A DNA stretch of 64,000 nt from an uncultured delta proteobacterium (GCA_963782055.1 CAWAIF010000003.1:4064001-4128000); one strand, 5' to 3'. Counted from the stretch's first letter, positions 41,421-55,174 are shown. Program-made: numbers and translations. Notes: generated by a model not told the origin, from the letters alone.

Positions 41421-42377
41421 TCAGGGAGGTCCGCCCGCGAGCTTCGCCTTGTTCTCGAAGATGGCCTTCGCCGCGGGGGTGGCGGCGCCCTGCGCGGCCT
41501 TGCGGTAGACGCGCGCCGCCGCGGGCCGCACGTGGACCAGCTTCCAGCGTGTCTCGTAGCCCTGGCCGTTGGGGCGCTCCCCCACGATCACCGCGAGCGT
41601 CGCGCCCGTCGGGGACACCATCAGCGCGCGGGGGAAGATCCAGTACGCCTCCTTCGGGTCGTCGCGGGTGAAGTCGGCGATGGGCACCTCCGCGCCGGTG
41701 GTCTTCTCGCGGAGCCACACGGTCAGGTGGTCGCCGTGGGAGGAGGTGGCCCAGCGCACGCCCAGGTCGTCGGCGAAGGGGAACTTGCCCGGCGCGCCCT
41801 TGCCCAGCTTGCGCAGCCGCGCGGCGATCGCGGGATCCTGCACGGCCGGCACTCCCTCGCCGACCCCCTCCGGCTTGGCGCGTGGGAGCGGGGTCACGCG
41901 GCCGCTGCCCACGTCGACGAGCGAGCAGGACCCGTCGCACGCGACGAAGGTCTTACCGTCGCGCGAGAAGGCGTAGTGGATGTTGTTGAAGATCACCCCG
42001 GCCCCGGCCCACATGCCCTGGTCGGCGCAGTCGTGGACCTCGTCGAAGCCGGGCGTCGAGTCCAGGCGTCCAGGCCTGGACGCGCCCGGCCTGGGCATCC
42101 CGCCCGCCGGCCTGGGGGGCGGCGCGTCCAGGTGCGGATAGGTGCACTTCGGCTCCAGCTCGCCGAGCGGCTTCGACGGCGCGGGCGGCGGTGGGGCCGC
42201 GCTCGTGGTGGGCGCGGCGGAGGCGACGGGGTCGGCGCTCGCCGCCGACGGGGCCGCGGCGGCGGCCGACGGCTGGGTGACGGGCGGTGGGCTGGCCGGC
42301 GGGGGCGGCGCGCCACCGCAAGCGGCGAGGCCGAGGCCGAGGGCGAGCGCGGAGGCGAGGTGGAGCGAGCGGCGCAT
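41421..42377 (-). CDS. Hypothetical lipoprotein
   Basis: Lipobox LAAC; Pro/Ala linker; FSRDG and VSPTG propeller-like motifs. Confidence 0.7.
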   Translation of the reverse strand: MRRSLHLASALALGLGLAACGGAPPPPASPPPVTQPSAAAAAPSAASADPVASAAPTTSAAPPPPAPSKPLGELEPKCTYPHLDAPPPRPAGGMPRPGASRPGRLDSTPGFDEVHDCADQGMWAGAGVIFNNIHYAFSRDGKTFVACDGSCSLVDVGSGRVTPLPRAKPEGVGEGVPAVQDPAIAARLRKLGKGAPGKFPFADDLGVRWATSSHGDHLTVWLREKTTGAEVPIADFTRDDPKEAYWIFPRALMVSPTGATLAVIVGERPNGQGYETRWKLVHVRPAAARVYRKAAQGAATPAAKAIFENKAKLAGGPP

Positions 42378-42386
42378 GCGCCAGCT

Positions 42387-42601
42387 CTACCCCTGCTCGC
42401 TCCGCTTGGCCAGGCGCCGCGCGGCCACCGCCGTCCACGTGGTGAGGAAGGAGCCGGCCAGCCCGAACAGCACGCCGAGCGGGAGGATCCACAGGTGCCC
42501 GCTCGACGCGCCGCCGGTGACCAGCACGAAGCCGACGCCCGCGAGCAGCAGCCCGGTCTTGAGTCGCTTGCGCAGGCGGGCGACGTCCGCCGCGGGCGCC
42601 G

Positions 42602-42605
<4 letters not shown>
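42387..42605 (-). CDS. Small two-TM membrane protein
   Basis: GTGA overlap with yeaH; two hydrophobic helices flanked by basic residues. Confidence 0.6.
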
Positions 42606-43714
<1,109 letters not shown>

Positions 43715-43793
43715 CGCCGCGTGTCCTTCGTCCCGACGCCGGACGCGTGGCGGAGGGACCGGGGACTCACGCTAGCACGGACCGTGCGACCCC

Positions 43794-45563
43794 TCACTTC
43801 CTGTCGAGGGCGAGGCGCGCGAGCCAGACGCACACGGCCGCGTTGGCCACGGCGAAGATGCGCAGCCCGACCGAGCCGAGGACGAAGGCCGAGTCCGCCG
43901 TGAAGGCGACCTGCGCGAGCAGCGCCGCCGCGCCGAGGGCGAAGCCGCCGAGCGCCGGGCGCAGCCGCTTCGACGCGAAGAAGAGCGCGGCGCCGAGCAG
44001 CGCGGGGCCCGCGCTCGCCAGGAGCATGAAGCGGTGCGCGCCCGCGCCGAGGAGCAGGTCCCACTCGCCGAGCGGGCGCATGGCCAGCTCGACCAGCCAG
44101 CGCAGAGGCCCGGCGTGGGAGGTGAGGCCGAGCAGCGGGGCGATGGGCAGCAACCCCACCGCGCCGAGCATCGCGCCGGCGACGACACCGGGTCCCTTCG
44201 CCACCGACCCGCGCCGGCGCTTGATGCGCCGCGCGACGAAGCCGAAGAGCAGCCCGAGCGCGAGCAGGCGCAGCACCAGGTGCGTCCAGAAGACGTGGTG
44301 GGCCGCGGCGGCCGCGTCGACGATGCCGGCGCCGTAGAGCTTGGCGTCGTCCTTCGGGCGCGCGGTGGACTCGAGCGTGGAGCGCACCGCGGCCGGGTCG
44401 GTCACGCCCATGCCGACGACCATCGCGGCGACGCCGGCGACGTGCGGCGAGGCCATGCTGGTGCCGTTGAAGGTGCCGAACATCTCGCACTTGTTCTTGC
44501 CGCCGTCGCAGATGGTCTGCTGCGTGACGTTCACCCCCGGCGCCGCCAGGGCGATCTGCGGGCCGCGGGAGGAGAACCAGGCGATGTTGTCGTTGGAGTC
44601 GGTCGCGCTGACGGCGATGACGCCGGGGTACGCGGCGGGGTAGCCCACCGCCTTGCCGCTGTTGCCCGCCGCCGCGACGATGATGACGCCCTTGCTCACC
44701 GCGTGGTTCACCGCGTCCTCGAGCACCTTGCTCTTGATCGGACCGCCGAGCGACATGTTGATGATCTGCGCGCCGTGATCGGCCGCGTAGCGGATGCCCT
44801 CGGCGACGTTGGCGACGGTGCCCCAGCCGGACTTGTTGAGCACCTTCACCGGCATCAGCGTGGCGCAGTAGGCCAGGCCGGCGGTGCCCACCCCGTTGTT
44901 CGTCGTCTGGGCGATCGTCCCGGCGACGTGCGTGCCGTGGCCCTGGTCGTCGTAGGCCTCCGCGCTGTTGTCGACGAAGTTCCAGCCGCCCTCGCAGTGC
45001 GTGCCGCCCAGGTCGGTGCCGCGCGTGAAGGGGCCCTTGTCGAAGCAGGCGACGCCGGTATCGACCACCGCGACGGTGACGCCCATGCCGCACGTGTAGT
45101 CCCACGCGCTCTCGGCGCCGACGCGCTTCAGGTGCCACTGCTTCGACGCGTAGAGCGGATCGTCCGGGACGAAGAGCGCGCGCAGCACGGTCATCGGCTC
45201 GGCGTGCTCGACGGCCGGGTCGGCGCGGAGGCGTGCGAGCACGCCCTCCACCAGCGACGGGTCCGCCAGGTCGGCGACCTCCAGCTTGTCCGTCGACTCC
45301 GACGCCGCGCTGTTCCAGTGCAGCGGCGCGCCCACCTCCTTCGCGACGGCGGCTTCCTCCGCGGGCGTCGCGTCGTCCTTGAGGTCGACGAGGACGACGC
45401 CGGGTAGCACGTCCCCGACGGAAGGCGCGAAGACCGGAGGCGCGTCGGCGGCGCCGAGTGAGGACGCCGCGAGGGGCGTCGTGGTGTCCCCGGCGAGCGC
45501 CGGGTAACCGAGGGTCATCGTGACGCCCAGGGCGAGCACGACGCCAGAGAGGTGGATCCGCAT
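43794..45563 (-). CDS. S8 subtilase with C-terminal multi-TM region
   Basis: VVDTG, HGTHVAG, AAGN, GTSMASPHVAG; about 5 C-terminal hydrophobic helices. Confidence 0.93.
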   Translation of the reverse strand: MRIHLSGVVLALGVTMTLGYPALAGDTTTPLAASSLGAADAPPVFAPSVGDVLPGVVLVDLKDDATPAEEAAVAKEVGAPLHWNSAASESTDKLEVADLADPSLVEGVLARLRADPAVEHAEPMTVLRALFVPDDPLYASKQWHLKRVGAESAWDYTCGMGVTVAVVDTGVACFDKGPFTRGTDLGGTHCEGGWNFVDNSAEAYDDQGHGTHVAGTIAQTTNNGVGTAGLAYCATLMPVKVLNKSGWGTVANVAEGIRYAADHGAQIINMSLGGPIKSKVLEDAVNHAVSKGVIIVAAAGNSGKAVGYPAAYPGVIAVSATDSNDNIAWFSSRGPQIALAAPGVNVTQQTICDGGKNKCEMFGTFNGTSMASPHVAGVAAMVVGMGVTDPAAVRSTLESTARPKDDAKLYGAGIVDAAAAAHHVFWTHLVLRLLALGLLFGFVARRIKRRRGSVAKGPGVVAGAMLGAVGLLPIAPLLGLTSHAGPLRWLVELAMRPLGEWDLLLGAGAHRFMLLASAGPALLGAALFFASKRLRPALGGFALGAAALLAQVAFTADSAFVLGSVGLRIFAVANAAVCVWLARLALDRK

Positions 45564-45876
45564 GCTTACCTCTTACGCGACGAAGTCGACTTTGATCTCC
45601 TCCAACCTTGCCATGGCTCAGGGCCCGTCAAAGGCCCGCCTGGGACGTGGGAGGCGAAGACCACGTCAAAGTGTAGCAATCCCCGGCGGATGCGCTCGGT
45701 GAAGAAACGTTTGCGGCCGCGAGCTCGGCCTGCCCCGAAGGGCGGGTGCGTGCGGGGGCGAGCGGGTAGGAGGAGGGCGACGACGTGCTCCGAGGTGCGT
45801 GATCGCTGCCCCGACGATGCGAGTGTGACCGCACTTTTGCATCGCGGCCGAACACCCAGCCTCTACAATGATCAGC

Positions 45877-47886
45877 ATGAAGAAGACTCTCGTCCTCCTT
45901 GGCTGCGCGGCGTTCGCCGCGGGGATCGCCGGGACTGGTGGCTGCGGCTCCACCAGCGACGACACCACCTTCCAGAACGGTCCGGACGGCGGGGGCCTGG
46001 TGGATGCCACGGACGACATCAACTTCTTCCCCGGGGACGACGGCGGCACCACCGCGACGCTGGACGTCGAGCCGAAGAACCCGGTCCTGAACTATCCCAC
46101 CGACAAGACGAAGCAGTTCCAGGCGCTGGAGTCGGGCAAGGCGGTGGGCGCGAGCTGGGTGGTGGACAATCCCTTCATCGGGTCGATGGACCAGAACGGC
46201 CTCTTCACCGCGACGGGCACCGTCGGCGGGACGGGCATCGTCACCGCGACGTCGGGCAAGGCGACGGGCAGCACCACGGTGAGCGTCATCGTCCACGTCG
46301 CGGAGAACCCGGGGAACGTCAGCGCCTCCGACCAGTCGAAGCTCAAGGCCGGCGGCAACGCGGACTCCGGCTTCAAGTGGCTCTACCCGTACGACAAGAC
46401 CGTCTTCCCGCGCGGGCTCGCCGCGCCGGTGCTGCAGTTCGCCGGCACCGCGCCCACCTCCTTCTACGTGCACATCACGTCCAAGTTCCTGGACTACGAG
46501 GGCTTCTACTCCGGCACCAACCCCGCGCGCATCACCATGTCGCCCGCCACCTGGACGACGATCAGCAAGAGCGCGCAGGCCAACGATCCGGTCACGGTGG
46601 AGGTGACCAAGCTCGCCGGCGGCGCGGTGACCGGGCCGATCAAGGAGGGGTGGACGGTCGCGCAGGGGAGCCTGAAGGGCACCGTCTACTACAACTCGTA
46701 CAGCTCGCAGCTGGCCGGCGGCGGCGCCACGCTGAAGATCAAGATCGGCCAGCCGGTCGCGGTGCTGCTCGGAGGGTGCCACGTGTGTCACTCGGTCAGC
46801 GCCAACGGCAACGTGCTCGCCGTGTCCGGCTCCGATTACCACAACGGCCAGACCTACGACCTGACCAACAACACCACGCAGATGGCGACCAACCCCAACG
46901 GGCAGTTCAGCTTCGGCGGTCTCACGCCGGACGGGGCCAAGCTCCTGTCCTGCGGCGCGATGCCCGGGACCTGGCCGCCCAACGTGCCGGGCATCTACGG
47001 CACGCACACCTCGCAGCTCATCAACACCAAGACCGGCGCCGTCATGTCCGCGCCCGGCTTCGACGGCAAGGTCACCTACGCGGTGACGCCCGCCTTCTCG
47101 CCCGACGGCAAGAAGGTGGCCTTCGACCACTACGACACCGGCAGCGGCCACACGATGGCCGTGATGGACTTCGACGACAACACCAACACCTTCTCCAACC
47201 TCACCGACGTCGCGACCGACAACGGCCACTACCTGGCGTGGCCGGCGTTCCTGCCCGACGACAAGACGCTGCTCTTCCACCAGGACAGCCACACCGACTT
47301 CGCGACCTGGTCCGGAGCACAGGCCAACCTGGAGGGGGTGGACATCGCGAGCAAGACGACGGTGATGCTCGACGCCCTCAACGGCATCGCCAACGGGCAG
47401 CCGTACCTTCCGTACGGCACCAACGACGTCAACCTGAACTACGAGCCGACGGTCCTGCCCGAGGCGGTGGGCGGCTACTACTGGGTCGTCTTCACCAGCC
47501 GCCGCTACTACGGCAACACCATCACCGACTCCTCGGCCTACGCGACGGCCCGGAAGAAGCTGTGGGTCGCGGCGATCGACATCAACGGCACGCCGGGCAA
47601 GGATCCCTCGCACCCCGCCTTCTATCTGCCCGATCAGGAGCTGAGCGCGGGCAACATGCGCGGCTTCTGGGCGCTCGACCCGTGCCACCAGAACGGCAAC
47701 GACTGCACGAGCGGCGACGAGTGCTGCACCGGCTTCTGCCGCCCCGACGGCGACGGCGGCCTCAGCTGCGTCCCGCCGCCCAACGGGTGCTCGCACGAGT
47801 TCGAGAAGTGCACGACGGCGTCGGACTGCTGCGACACCGGCTCGCTGTGCATCAACGGCAAGTGCGCGACGCCGCCGCCGAACTGA
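45877..47886 (+). CDS. Lipoprotein: Ig-like + TolB/PD40-like propeller + Cys-rich C-terminus
   Basis: Lipobox TGGC; GLFTA Ig-like segment; PAFSPDGKKVAF; WVVFTSRR; DPSHPAF.LP.Q; ten C-terminal Cys. Confidence 0.8.
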   Translation: MKKTLVLLGCAAFAAGIAGTGGCGSTSDDTTFQNGPDGGGLVDATDDINFFPGDDGGTTATLDVEPKNPVLNYPTDKTKQFQALESGKAVGASWVVDNPFIGSMDQNGLFTATGTVGGTGIVTATSGKATGSTTVSVIVHVAENPGNVSASDQSKLKAGGNADSGFKWLYPYDKTVFPRGLAAPVLQFAGTAPTSFYVHITSKFLDYEGFYSGTNPARITMSPATWTTISKSAQANDPVTVEVTKLAGGAVTGPIKEGWTVAQGSLKGTVYYNSYSSQLAGGGATLKIKIGQPVAVLLGGCHVCHSVSANGNVLAVSGSDYHNGQTYDLTNNTTQMATNPNGQFSFGGLTPDGAKLLSCGAMPGTWPPNVPGIYGTHTSQLINTKTGAVMSAPGFDGKVTYAVTPAFSPDGKKVAFDHYDTGSGHTMAVMDFDDNTNTFSNLTDVATDNGHYLAWPAFLPDDKTLLFHQDSHTDFATWSGAQANLEGVDIASKTTVMLDALNGIANGQPYLPYGTNDVNLNYEPTVLPEAVGGYYWVVFTSRRYYGNTITDSSAYATARKKLWVAAIDINGTPGKDPSHPAFYLPDQELSAGNMRGFWALDPCHQNGNDCTSGDECCTGFCRPDGDGGLSCVPPPNGCSHEFEKCTTASDCCDTGSLCINGKCATPPPN

Positions 47887-47892
47887 GGCTTC

Positions 47893-48168
47893 TCAATCCC
47901 TGCGGCGGGAGAAGATGCCGAGCACCGCCACGAAGAGGGCGGAGCCGACAATCGACCACACCACCGGGAAGGCCTGTCCGCCGACGTGGACGGTGAACCA
48001 CTCCGGCAGCTTCAGCCAGTGGGCGACGTACATGCCGAGCAGCGCGCCGATGAAGCCCAGGCCGATGGACGCGAGGCAGCCGCCACGGCGGGCGCCGGCG
48101 ATGAAGCGCCCGACCGAGCCGCACACGCCCGCGACCAGGAGCAACAGCAGGATGGATCCGATCGACAT
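47893..48168 (-). CDS. GlsB/YeaQ/YmgE family small membrane protein
   Basis: GG.LASI.LGFIGALLG, WSIVGSALFV. Confidence 0.85.
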   Translation of the reverse strand: MSIGSILLLLLVAGVCGSVGRFIAGARRGGCLASIGLGFIGALLGMYVAHWLKLPEWFTVHVGGQAFPVVWSIVGSALFVAVLGIFSRRRD

Positions 48169-48989
48169 CAGCGACCTCCGTCCGCCGCCAGGGCACGGAA
48201 GCGCTGCTCCGGGCCGTGGGGCGCGTAGAACTGCAGGGCGACGACGCGGGCGCCCGGGTCGGGCGTCAAGGCGTGCAGCGTCCCCGGCGGGATGGAGACG
48301 ACCTCCCGCGGGCCGAAGTGACGCGCCTTGCCCGCGAGCGTCAGCGTGCCGGAGCCGCGCATCACGCACAGCACCTCCCACGACCCCGGGTGAGCGTGCT
48401 CCGCCACCGGCGTCGCCACCTCCAGGTCCGAGATGGCGGCGTAGGGCGCGTCCCCCTTCTCCGCCAGGATGCGCACGCGCATCTTCCCGCCCGCCCAGGT
48501 GAGCTGCGGGACGGCCCGGGCGCGCAGCACCTTCTTCTCCAGCCGGGTGAACTGGCCGGGCTCGCACACCATCCCCCGCGCGATGGCGAAGGCGACGGTG
48601 GCCTTGCCGGTGACCTCGTAGCCACCCTTGCCCTGCGTGACGAGCACGTCCCCGGGGCCGAGCGTCTGACCGAGCGCCTGCACCTTGCCGTCCACCGGCG
48701 CGACGATGCGCTGCTCGCAGGCCACGTGCTCGACGTGCATGGCCCCGGCGGAGAGGTCGACGAACTTCGCGGTGACCGGCACGTAGGCGTCCTTCGCGCC
48801 GGCGTCCTGGGGCGCGCCCGCGGCCGCGCTGGCGGTGGGGGTCGCGCCCGCGGTGGTGGCAGGGGCAGCCGCGGCGTCGACCCGGACGATGGTGAGCGGC
48901 GGGCCGGTCACCGTCTGCACGTCCTCCTTCTCGTGGCACGCGGCCAGCGAGAGCGCGACGGCGAAGAGCAGGCGGGCGCGCACCGTCAC
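48168..48989 (-). CDS. Cupin-domain lipoprotein
   Basis: Lipobox LAAC; HAHPGSWE..G.G and IPPGTLH. Confidence 0.82.
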   Translation of the reverse strand: MTVRARLLFAVALSLAACHEKEDVQTVTGPPLTIVRVDAAAAPATTAGATPTASAAAGAPQDAGAKDAYVPVTAKFVDLSAGAMHVEHVACEQRIVAPVDGKVQALGQTLGPGDVLVTQGKGGYEVTGKATVAFAIARGMVCEPGQFTRLEKKVLRARAVPQLTWAGGKMRVRILAEKGDAPYAAISDLEVATPVAEHAHPGSWEVLCVMRGSGTLTLAGKARHFGPREVVSIPPGTLHALTPDPGARVVALQFYAPHGPEQRFRALAADGGR

Positions 48990-50029
48990 TCCGGCCGGCG
49001 CAGCAGCGCCTCGGCGGGGAGCAGCGCGGCCGCCGTCCGCGCCGCGAGCTCCGCGGTGCTGCGCGGCGCCTGACCGCCCGCGCGCTCGGCGGCGGCGCGC
49101 GACTCGGCCAGCCGCTCGCCGAGCAGGGCGTCGGCGCCCTCGCGATCGCCCGGGCGCAGGATGCTCCGCACGAACACCTCCGCCGCCTTGTACGAGCTGC
49201 GCACGAGCGGGGCGCTCGCCACGAAGGCGAAGCCCAGCTTGCGCGCCTCCTCGGCGAAGCGGTCGAAGACCGCCGGCTCGACGTAACGGTCCACCGGCGC
49301 GTGCTTCGGGGTCGGGCGCAGGTACTGCCCGAGCGTCACCAGGTCCACCCCGGCGCCCCGAAGGTCCGCCAGCGTCTCGAGCACCTCGTCGTCCGTCTCC
49401 CCGATACCCACCATGACCGAGCTCTTGGTGACGCGCGCCGGATCCCGGTCCTTCACGCGGCGCAGCACGCGCAGCGACTGGTCGTAGTCGCAGCGCACGT
49501 CGCGGATCCTGCGGGTGAGGCGGCGCACGACCTCGATGTTGTGGGCCCACACGTCCGGCTTCGCGTCGACGGTCGTGTCCACGTAGTCCATGTGCCCCTG
49601 GAAGTCGCCGAGGAGCGTCTCGACGAGCATGTCCGGGCGGAGCTCCTTCAGGCGCGTGACGGTGCGCGCCACGTGCGAGGCGCCGCCGTCCAGGAGGTCG
49701 TCGCGGTCCACCATGGTGATGACGACGTACTGCAGCCCGAGCTGCGACAGCGCGCGGGCGACGTGCTCCGGCTCCCGCCCATCCACCGCGCCGCGCGGGT
49801 TGCCGGTGGTCACCGCGCAGAAGCGGCAGCCGCGGGTGCAGGTGTCGCCCAGGAGCATCACCGTGGCGGTGCCCTCCGTCCAGCACTCGCCGACGTTGGG
49901 GCAGCGAGCCTCCTCGCACACCGTGTGCAGGTCGAGCGCGCGGAAGGTCTCCTTCAGGTGCGTGTAGCTGGCGCCGCCGGGGGCGCGCACCTTCAGCCAG
50001 GGGGGTTTGGGAGCAAAGCGCTCGGTCAC
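48986..50029 (-). CDS. lipA: Lipoyl synthase
   Basis: CEEARCPNVGEC, CTRGCRFC, GQYLRP, RSSYKA. Confidence 0.97.
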   Translation of the reverse strand: MTERFAPKPPWLKVRAPGGASYTHLKETFRALDLHTVCEEARCPNVGECWTEGTATVMLLGDTCTRGCRFCAVTTGNPRGAVDGREPEHVARALSQLGLQYVVITMVDRDDLLDGGASHVARTVTRLKELRPDMLVETLLGDFQGHMDYVDTTVDAKPDVWAHNIEVVRRLTRRIRDVRCDYDQSLRVLRRVKDRDPARVTKSSVMVGIGETDDEVLETLADLRGAGVDLVTLGQYLRPTPKHAPVDRYVEPAVFDRFAEEARKLGFAFVASAPLVRSSYKAAEVFVRSILRPGDREGADALLGERLAESRAAAERAGGQAPRSTAELAARTAAALLPAEALLRRPE

Positions 50030-50039
50030 GCCCCAGACC

Positions 50040-51077
50040 TTAGTGCCTCGACCCGGAGGCGTCGAGTTCGGCCGGCGCGAGCGCCCCCCGCTCGGTCACG
50101 ATGCTCCCGACGAGCCGCGCGGGCGTCACGTCGAAGGCGGGGTTGTAGACGGCCGCGCCTTCCGGGGCGACGCGCGTGCCCCCCACGTGGCTGACCTCCC
50201 GCGGCTCGCGCTGCTCGATGGGGATGTCCGCGCCGGTGGCGCACGCCAGGTCGACCGTGGTCCAGGGCGCGGCGACGTGGAAGGGCACGCCGTGCACGCC
50301 GGCGAGGCACGCCAGCCCGTACGTGCCAATCTTGTTGGCGACGTCGCCGTTTCGCGCGATGCGGTCGGCGCCGGTCACCACCGCCGACACCCGCCGCGTC
50401 GCCATCACGTGGGCGGGCATGCCGTCGGTGATCAGCGTCACCGGGATGCCGTCCTTCACCAGCTCCCACGCCGTCAGCCGGGCGCCCTGGAGCACCGGCC
50501 GCGTCTCGCACGCGATCACCTCGCGGAGCTTGCCCGCCGCGTGGGCGGCGCGCACCACACCGAGGGCTGTGCCGTACCCGCCGGTGGCCAGCGCCCCGGC
50601 GTTGCACACCGTCATCACCACCGCCTCGTCCGGCAGCAGCGCCGCGCCCGCCCGGCCGATGGCGCGGCAGGCCTCCACGTCGGCGCGGTGGTACGCGCGC
50701 GCGCGCTCGGCCAGCGCGCCGACGCCGGCCGACTCCCGCGCCGCCCTGGCGATGAGCCCGACGCCGTGCGCCAGGTTGACCGCCGTCGGCCGCGCGGACG
50801 CAAGCACGGGCGCTGCCTCCTCGACCTGACCGGCGCGCGACGCCAGGACCATGCCGTACGCCCCCGCGATGCCGATGGCGGGCGCGCCTCGCACCACCAG
50901 CCTCCGGATGGCCTCCGCCACCTCCTGCCAGGTGCGCAGCACCACGTAGCGCTCCTCGACGGGCAGCAGGCGCTGGTCCAGCAGCACCACGGCGTCGTCG
51001 GCCGGGAGCAGCTCGACTGCAGAATAGTCGGCGCCGCTGAGGGGCGCGGGGTGCAAGCCGTGGAGCGGAGTGCCCAT
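50040..51077 (-). CDS. mtnA: Methylthioribose-1-phosphate isomerase
   Basis: [62 protein letters not shown]. Confidence 0.96.
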   Translation of the reverse strand: MGTPLHGLHPAPLSGADYSAVELLPADDAVVLLDQRLLPVEERYVVLRTWQEVAEAIRRLVVRGAPAIGIAGAYGMVLASRAGQVEEAAPVLASARPTAVNLAHGVGLIARAARESAGVGALAERARAYHRADVEACRAIGRAGAALLPDEAVVMTVCNAGALATGGYGTALGVVRAAHAAGKLREVIACETRPVLQGARLTAWELVKDGIPVTLITDGMPAHVMATRRVSAVVTGADRIARNGDVANKIGTYGLACLAGVHGVPFHVAAPWTTVDLACATGADIPIEQREPREVSHVGGTRVAPEGAAVYNPAFDVTPARLVGSIVTERGALAPAELDASGSRH

Positions 51078-51187
51078 GCGCGGAGCATACCGCAACGCTG
51101 CGGCCGAGCTCGCGGACGCCTCCCGTGCAGATGCGCGCTCGCGTATGGCTCACGAGCTGCTAGCATCGCCTCAGCCGCGGGGGTCTC

Positions 51188-53140
<1,953 letters not shown>

Positions 53141-53151
53141 CGCCCATCCTC

Positions 53152-53958
53152 TCAGCGCCCGGCGAGGGCGGCGCGCTGCTTCTCGATGTTGGCGGCGGGC
53201 GCGCCGAGCTCCTCCGCGCGGTCGAGCGCCTGCTTCGCCTCCCCCTTGCGTCCCAGCCTGGCGAGGGCCCACGCGCGCCCGAGCTCCCCGGCGGCGTAGC
53301 GCGGGTGCCCGGCCATCAGGGCGTCGTAGGCGGCGAGCGCCGCGCGGGCGTCCCCGCGCACGACGGCGACGGTGGCCAGGCCGAGCATGTTGGTGGCGTC
53401 GTTCGGGTTCGCCTTCAGTCCCTCGCGATACGCGGCCTGGGCGCCGTCCAGATCCTGCAGGTGCAGCCGCACCAGCCCGAGCACGTGGAAGGTCTCGGCG
53501 TCTCGCGCGCCGCGACGCACCGCCTCCTCCAGCCGCGGGCGCGCCTCCGCCGCCTCCCCCCAGCGGGCGCAGCGCATCCCGCCCTCGCGCGGTCCGGCGG
53601 GCGACTTCGGCGCGCGGTCGGCGGCCTCGTCGTAGGCGGCGAGCGCCTCGTCGAACTGGTGCACCAGCTCGTAGGCGTGCCCCAGCTCGATCCACGGCGC
53701 CGGGTCCCCGCTGGGGACGCGCTTGGCGATCTCCCCCACCTCCGCGCGCGCCGCGCCCATGTCCCCCTGGAAGGCGAGCACGCGCACCAGGAGCCTGCGC
53801 GCCGGAAGGTCGTCGGGGTGCTTCGCCAGGTCGTCGCGCAGGAAGGCCACCGCCTGCGGCTCGCGCCCCTGGCGAACCAGCTCCATCGCGTGGTCCACCG
53901 GCGGCTGCGCGGCGCAGCCGCACGCGAGCACCAGGAGCGAGATCAGGACGCGACGCAT
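53152..53958 (-). CDS. TPR-repeat lipoprotein
   Basis: Lipobox ACGC; multiple TPR motifs. Confidence 0.85.
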   Translation of the reverse strand: MRRVLISLLVLACGCAAQPPVDHAMELVRQGREPQAVAFLRDDLAKHPDDLPARRLLVRVLAFQGDMGAARAEVGEIAKRVPSGDPAPWIELGHAYELVHQFDEALAAYDEAADRAPKSPAGPREGGMRCARWGEAAEARPRLEEAVRRGARDAETFHVLGLVRLHLQDLDGAQAAYREGLKANPNDATNMLGLATVAVVRGDARAALAAYDALMAGHPRYAAGELGRAWALARLGRKGEAKQALDRAEELGAPAANIEKQRAALAGR

Positions 53959-54073
53959 GCGGTGGTTATAGCGCGGCGCGCCGACCCCATGAGCGTTCGC
54001 GATCGCGCACGAGGGGGTAGCCGCCGGATGCACGCTGACCTAGTCTGCCCGCCCCGAAGGAGACGAAGAGACC

Positions 54074-54952
54074 ATGGCGGAGCTGGACGGCATTCGAGTC
54101 CTCGGCGTGCTCGGCGCCGGGCAGATGGGCGGTGGCATCGCGCAGGTGGCGGCGGCGGCGGGCTACGACGTCCGGCTCTGCGACGCCACGCTCGAGCTGG
54201 CGCAGAAGGGCATCGGGCGCATCGACGCGGTGCTCGCCCGGCGGGTGGAGAAGCGCAAGATGGACGCAGCGGCGCACAAGGCGCTCGTCGCGCACATCAA
54301 GGCCGTCGGCAGCCCGGCGGACTTCGCCGACTGCGATCTGGTCGTGGAGGCCGCGACCGAGAACGTGGAGCTCAAGCTCTCCCTCTTCGCCGCGTGTGAC
54401 CGGGCGCTACGTCCGGGCGCGTACCTCGCCAGCAACACCTCGTCCATCTCGCTGACGCGCCTGGCCGCCTGCACGACGCGGCCGGAGAGGGTGGTGGGCC
54501 TGCACTTCATGAACCCCCCTCCGCTGATGCAGCTGGTGGAGCTGGTGCGCGCGGCGCAGACGAGCGACGAGACCTACGCGCTCGCCAAGGCGCTCGCCGA
54601 GAAGATGGGCAAGTCGGTGGTCACCAGCAAGGACGCGCCGGGCTTCCTCGTCAACCGCATGCTCATCCCCATGCTCTGCGAGGCGATCTTCGCGCTCGAG
54701 CAGGGGCTCGGCACGCCGGAGGACATCGACACCGGCGCCAAGCTCGGCCTCAACCACCCGATGGGCCCGCTCGAGCTGTCCGACCTCATCGGCCTCGACA
54801 CCGTCCTCTTCATCGCGGAGGTGCTGCACCGCGATTTCGGCGACAGCAAGTACCGGGCGCCCACGCTGCTACGCAACCTGGTGGCGGCAGGGTGGGTCGG
54901 CAAGAAGGCCGGCCGGGGCTTCTACCGCTACGAGAAGGGCCAGAAGGTCTAG
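54074..54952 (+). CDS. hbd: 3-hydroxybutyryl-CoA / 3-hydroxyacyl-CoA dehydrogenase
   Basis: GAGQMGGG, EAATE, SNTSS, HFMNP, PGF.VNR, HPMGP, GKKAGRGFY. Confidence 0.93.
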   Translation: MAELDGIRVLGVLGAGQMGGGIAQVAAAAGYDVRLCDATLELAQKGIGRIDAVLARRVEKRKMDAAAHKALVAHIKAVGSPADFADCDLVVEAATENVELKLSLFAACDRALRPGAYLASNTSSISLTRLAACTTRPERVVGLHFMNPPPLMQLVELVRAAQTSDETYALAKALAEKMGKSVVTSKDAPGFLVNRMLIPMLCEAIFALEQGLGTPEDIDTGAKLGLNHPMGPLELSDLIGLDTVLFIAEVLHRDFGDSKYRAPTLLRNLVAAGWVGKKAGRGFYRYEKGQKV

Positions 54953-55083
54953 CGGACCATCGCCGGGGGGGCGGTGCGCTCGGCGACGCGCTCGTCGGAC
55001 GGGCCCACGGCCCACGCCACCCCGGCGAGGAAGGCGAACAGCCAGAGCGCGACGCAGGCACGGAAGGCACGAGACGAAAGCAT
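54949..55083 (-). CDS. Putative 44-aa secreted/membrane micropeptide
   Basis: MLSSRAFRACVALWLFAFLAGVAWAVGPSDERVAERTAPPAMVR*; below the ORF-track cutoff; stop shares CTAG with the hbd stop. Confidence 0.45.
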   Translation of the reverse strand: MLSSRAFRACVALWLFAFLAGVAWAVGPSDERVAERTAPPAMVR

Positions 55084-55160
55084 CAAACGACAATCCATTA
55101 CAAGTCCCGAGCCAGACTGTCATTTCGCGGACTTGGCGTCCAGAAGTTGTCGCCTCCCCG

Positions 55161-55174
55161 TGACATTGCTGTCA
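55161..55174. promoter_or_regulatory. Palindromic operator candidate
   Basis: TGACA-TTGC-TGTCA in an AT-enriched spacer upstream of crt. Confidence 0.4.

Noticed and set aside
46774..46791. CHVCH as evidence that the TolB-like lipoprotein is a cytochrome
   Set aside because: Single motif inside a propeller-type protein; heme binding cannot be supported from sequence alone
50037..50042. TAAGGT before lipA (and TAGAGT at 60458-60463) as -10 elements
   Set aside because: They coincide with the upstream gene's stop codon, so they were left out of the leaderless count
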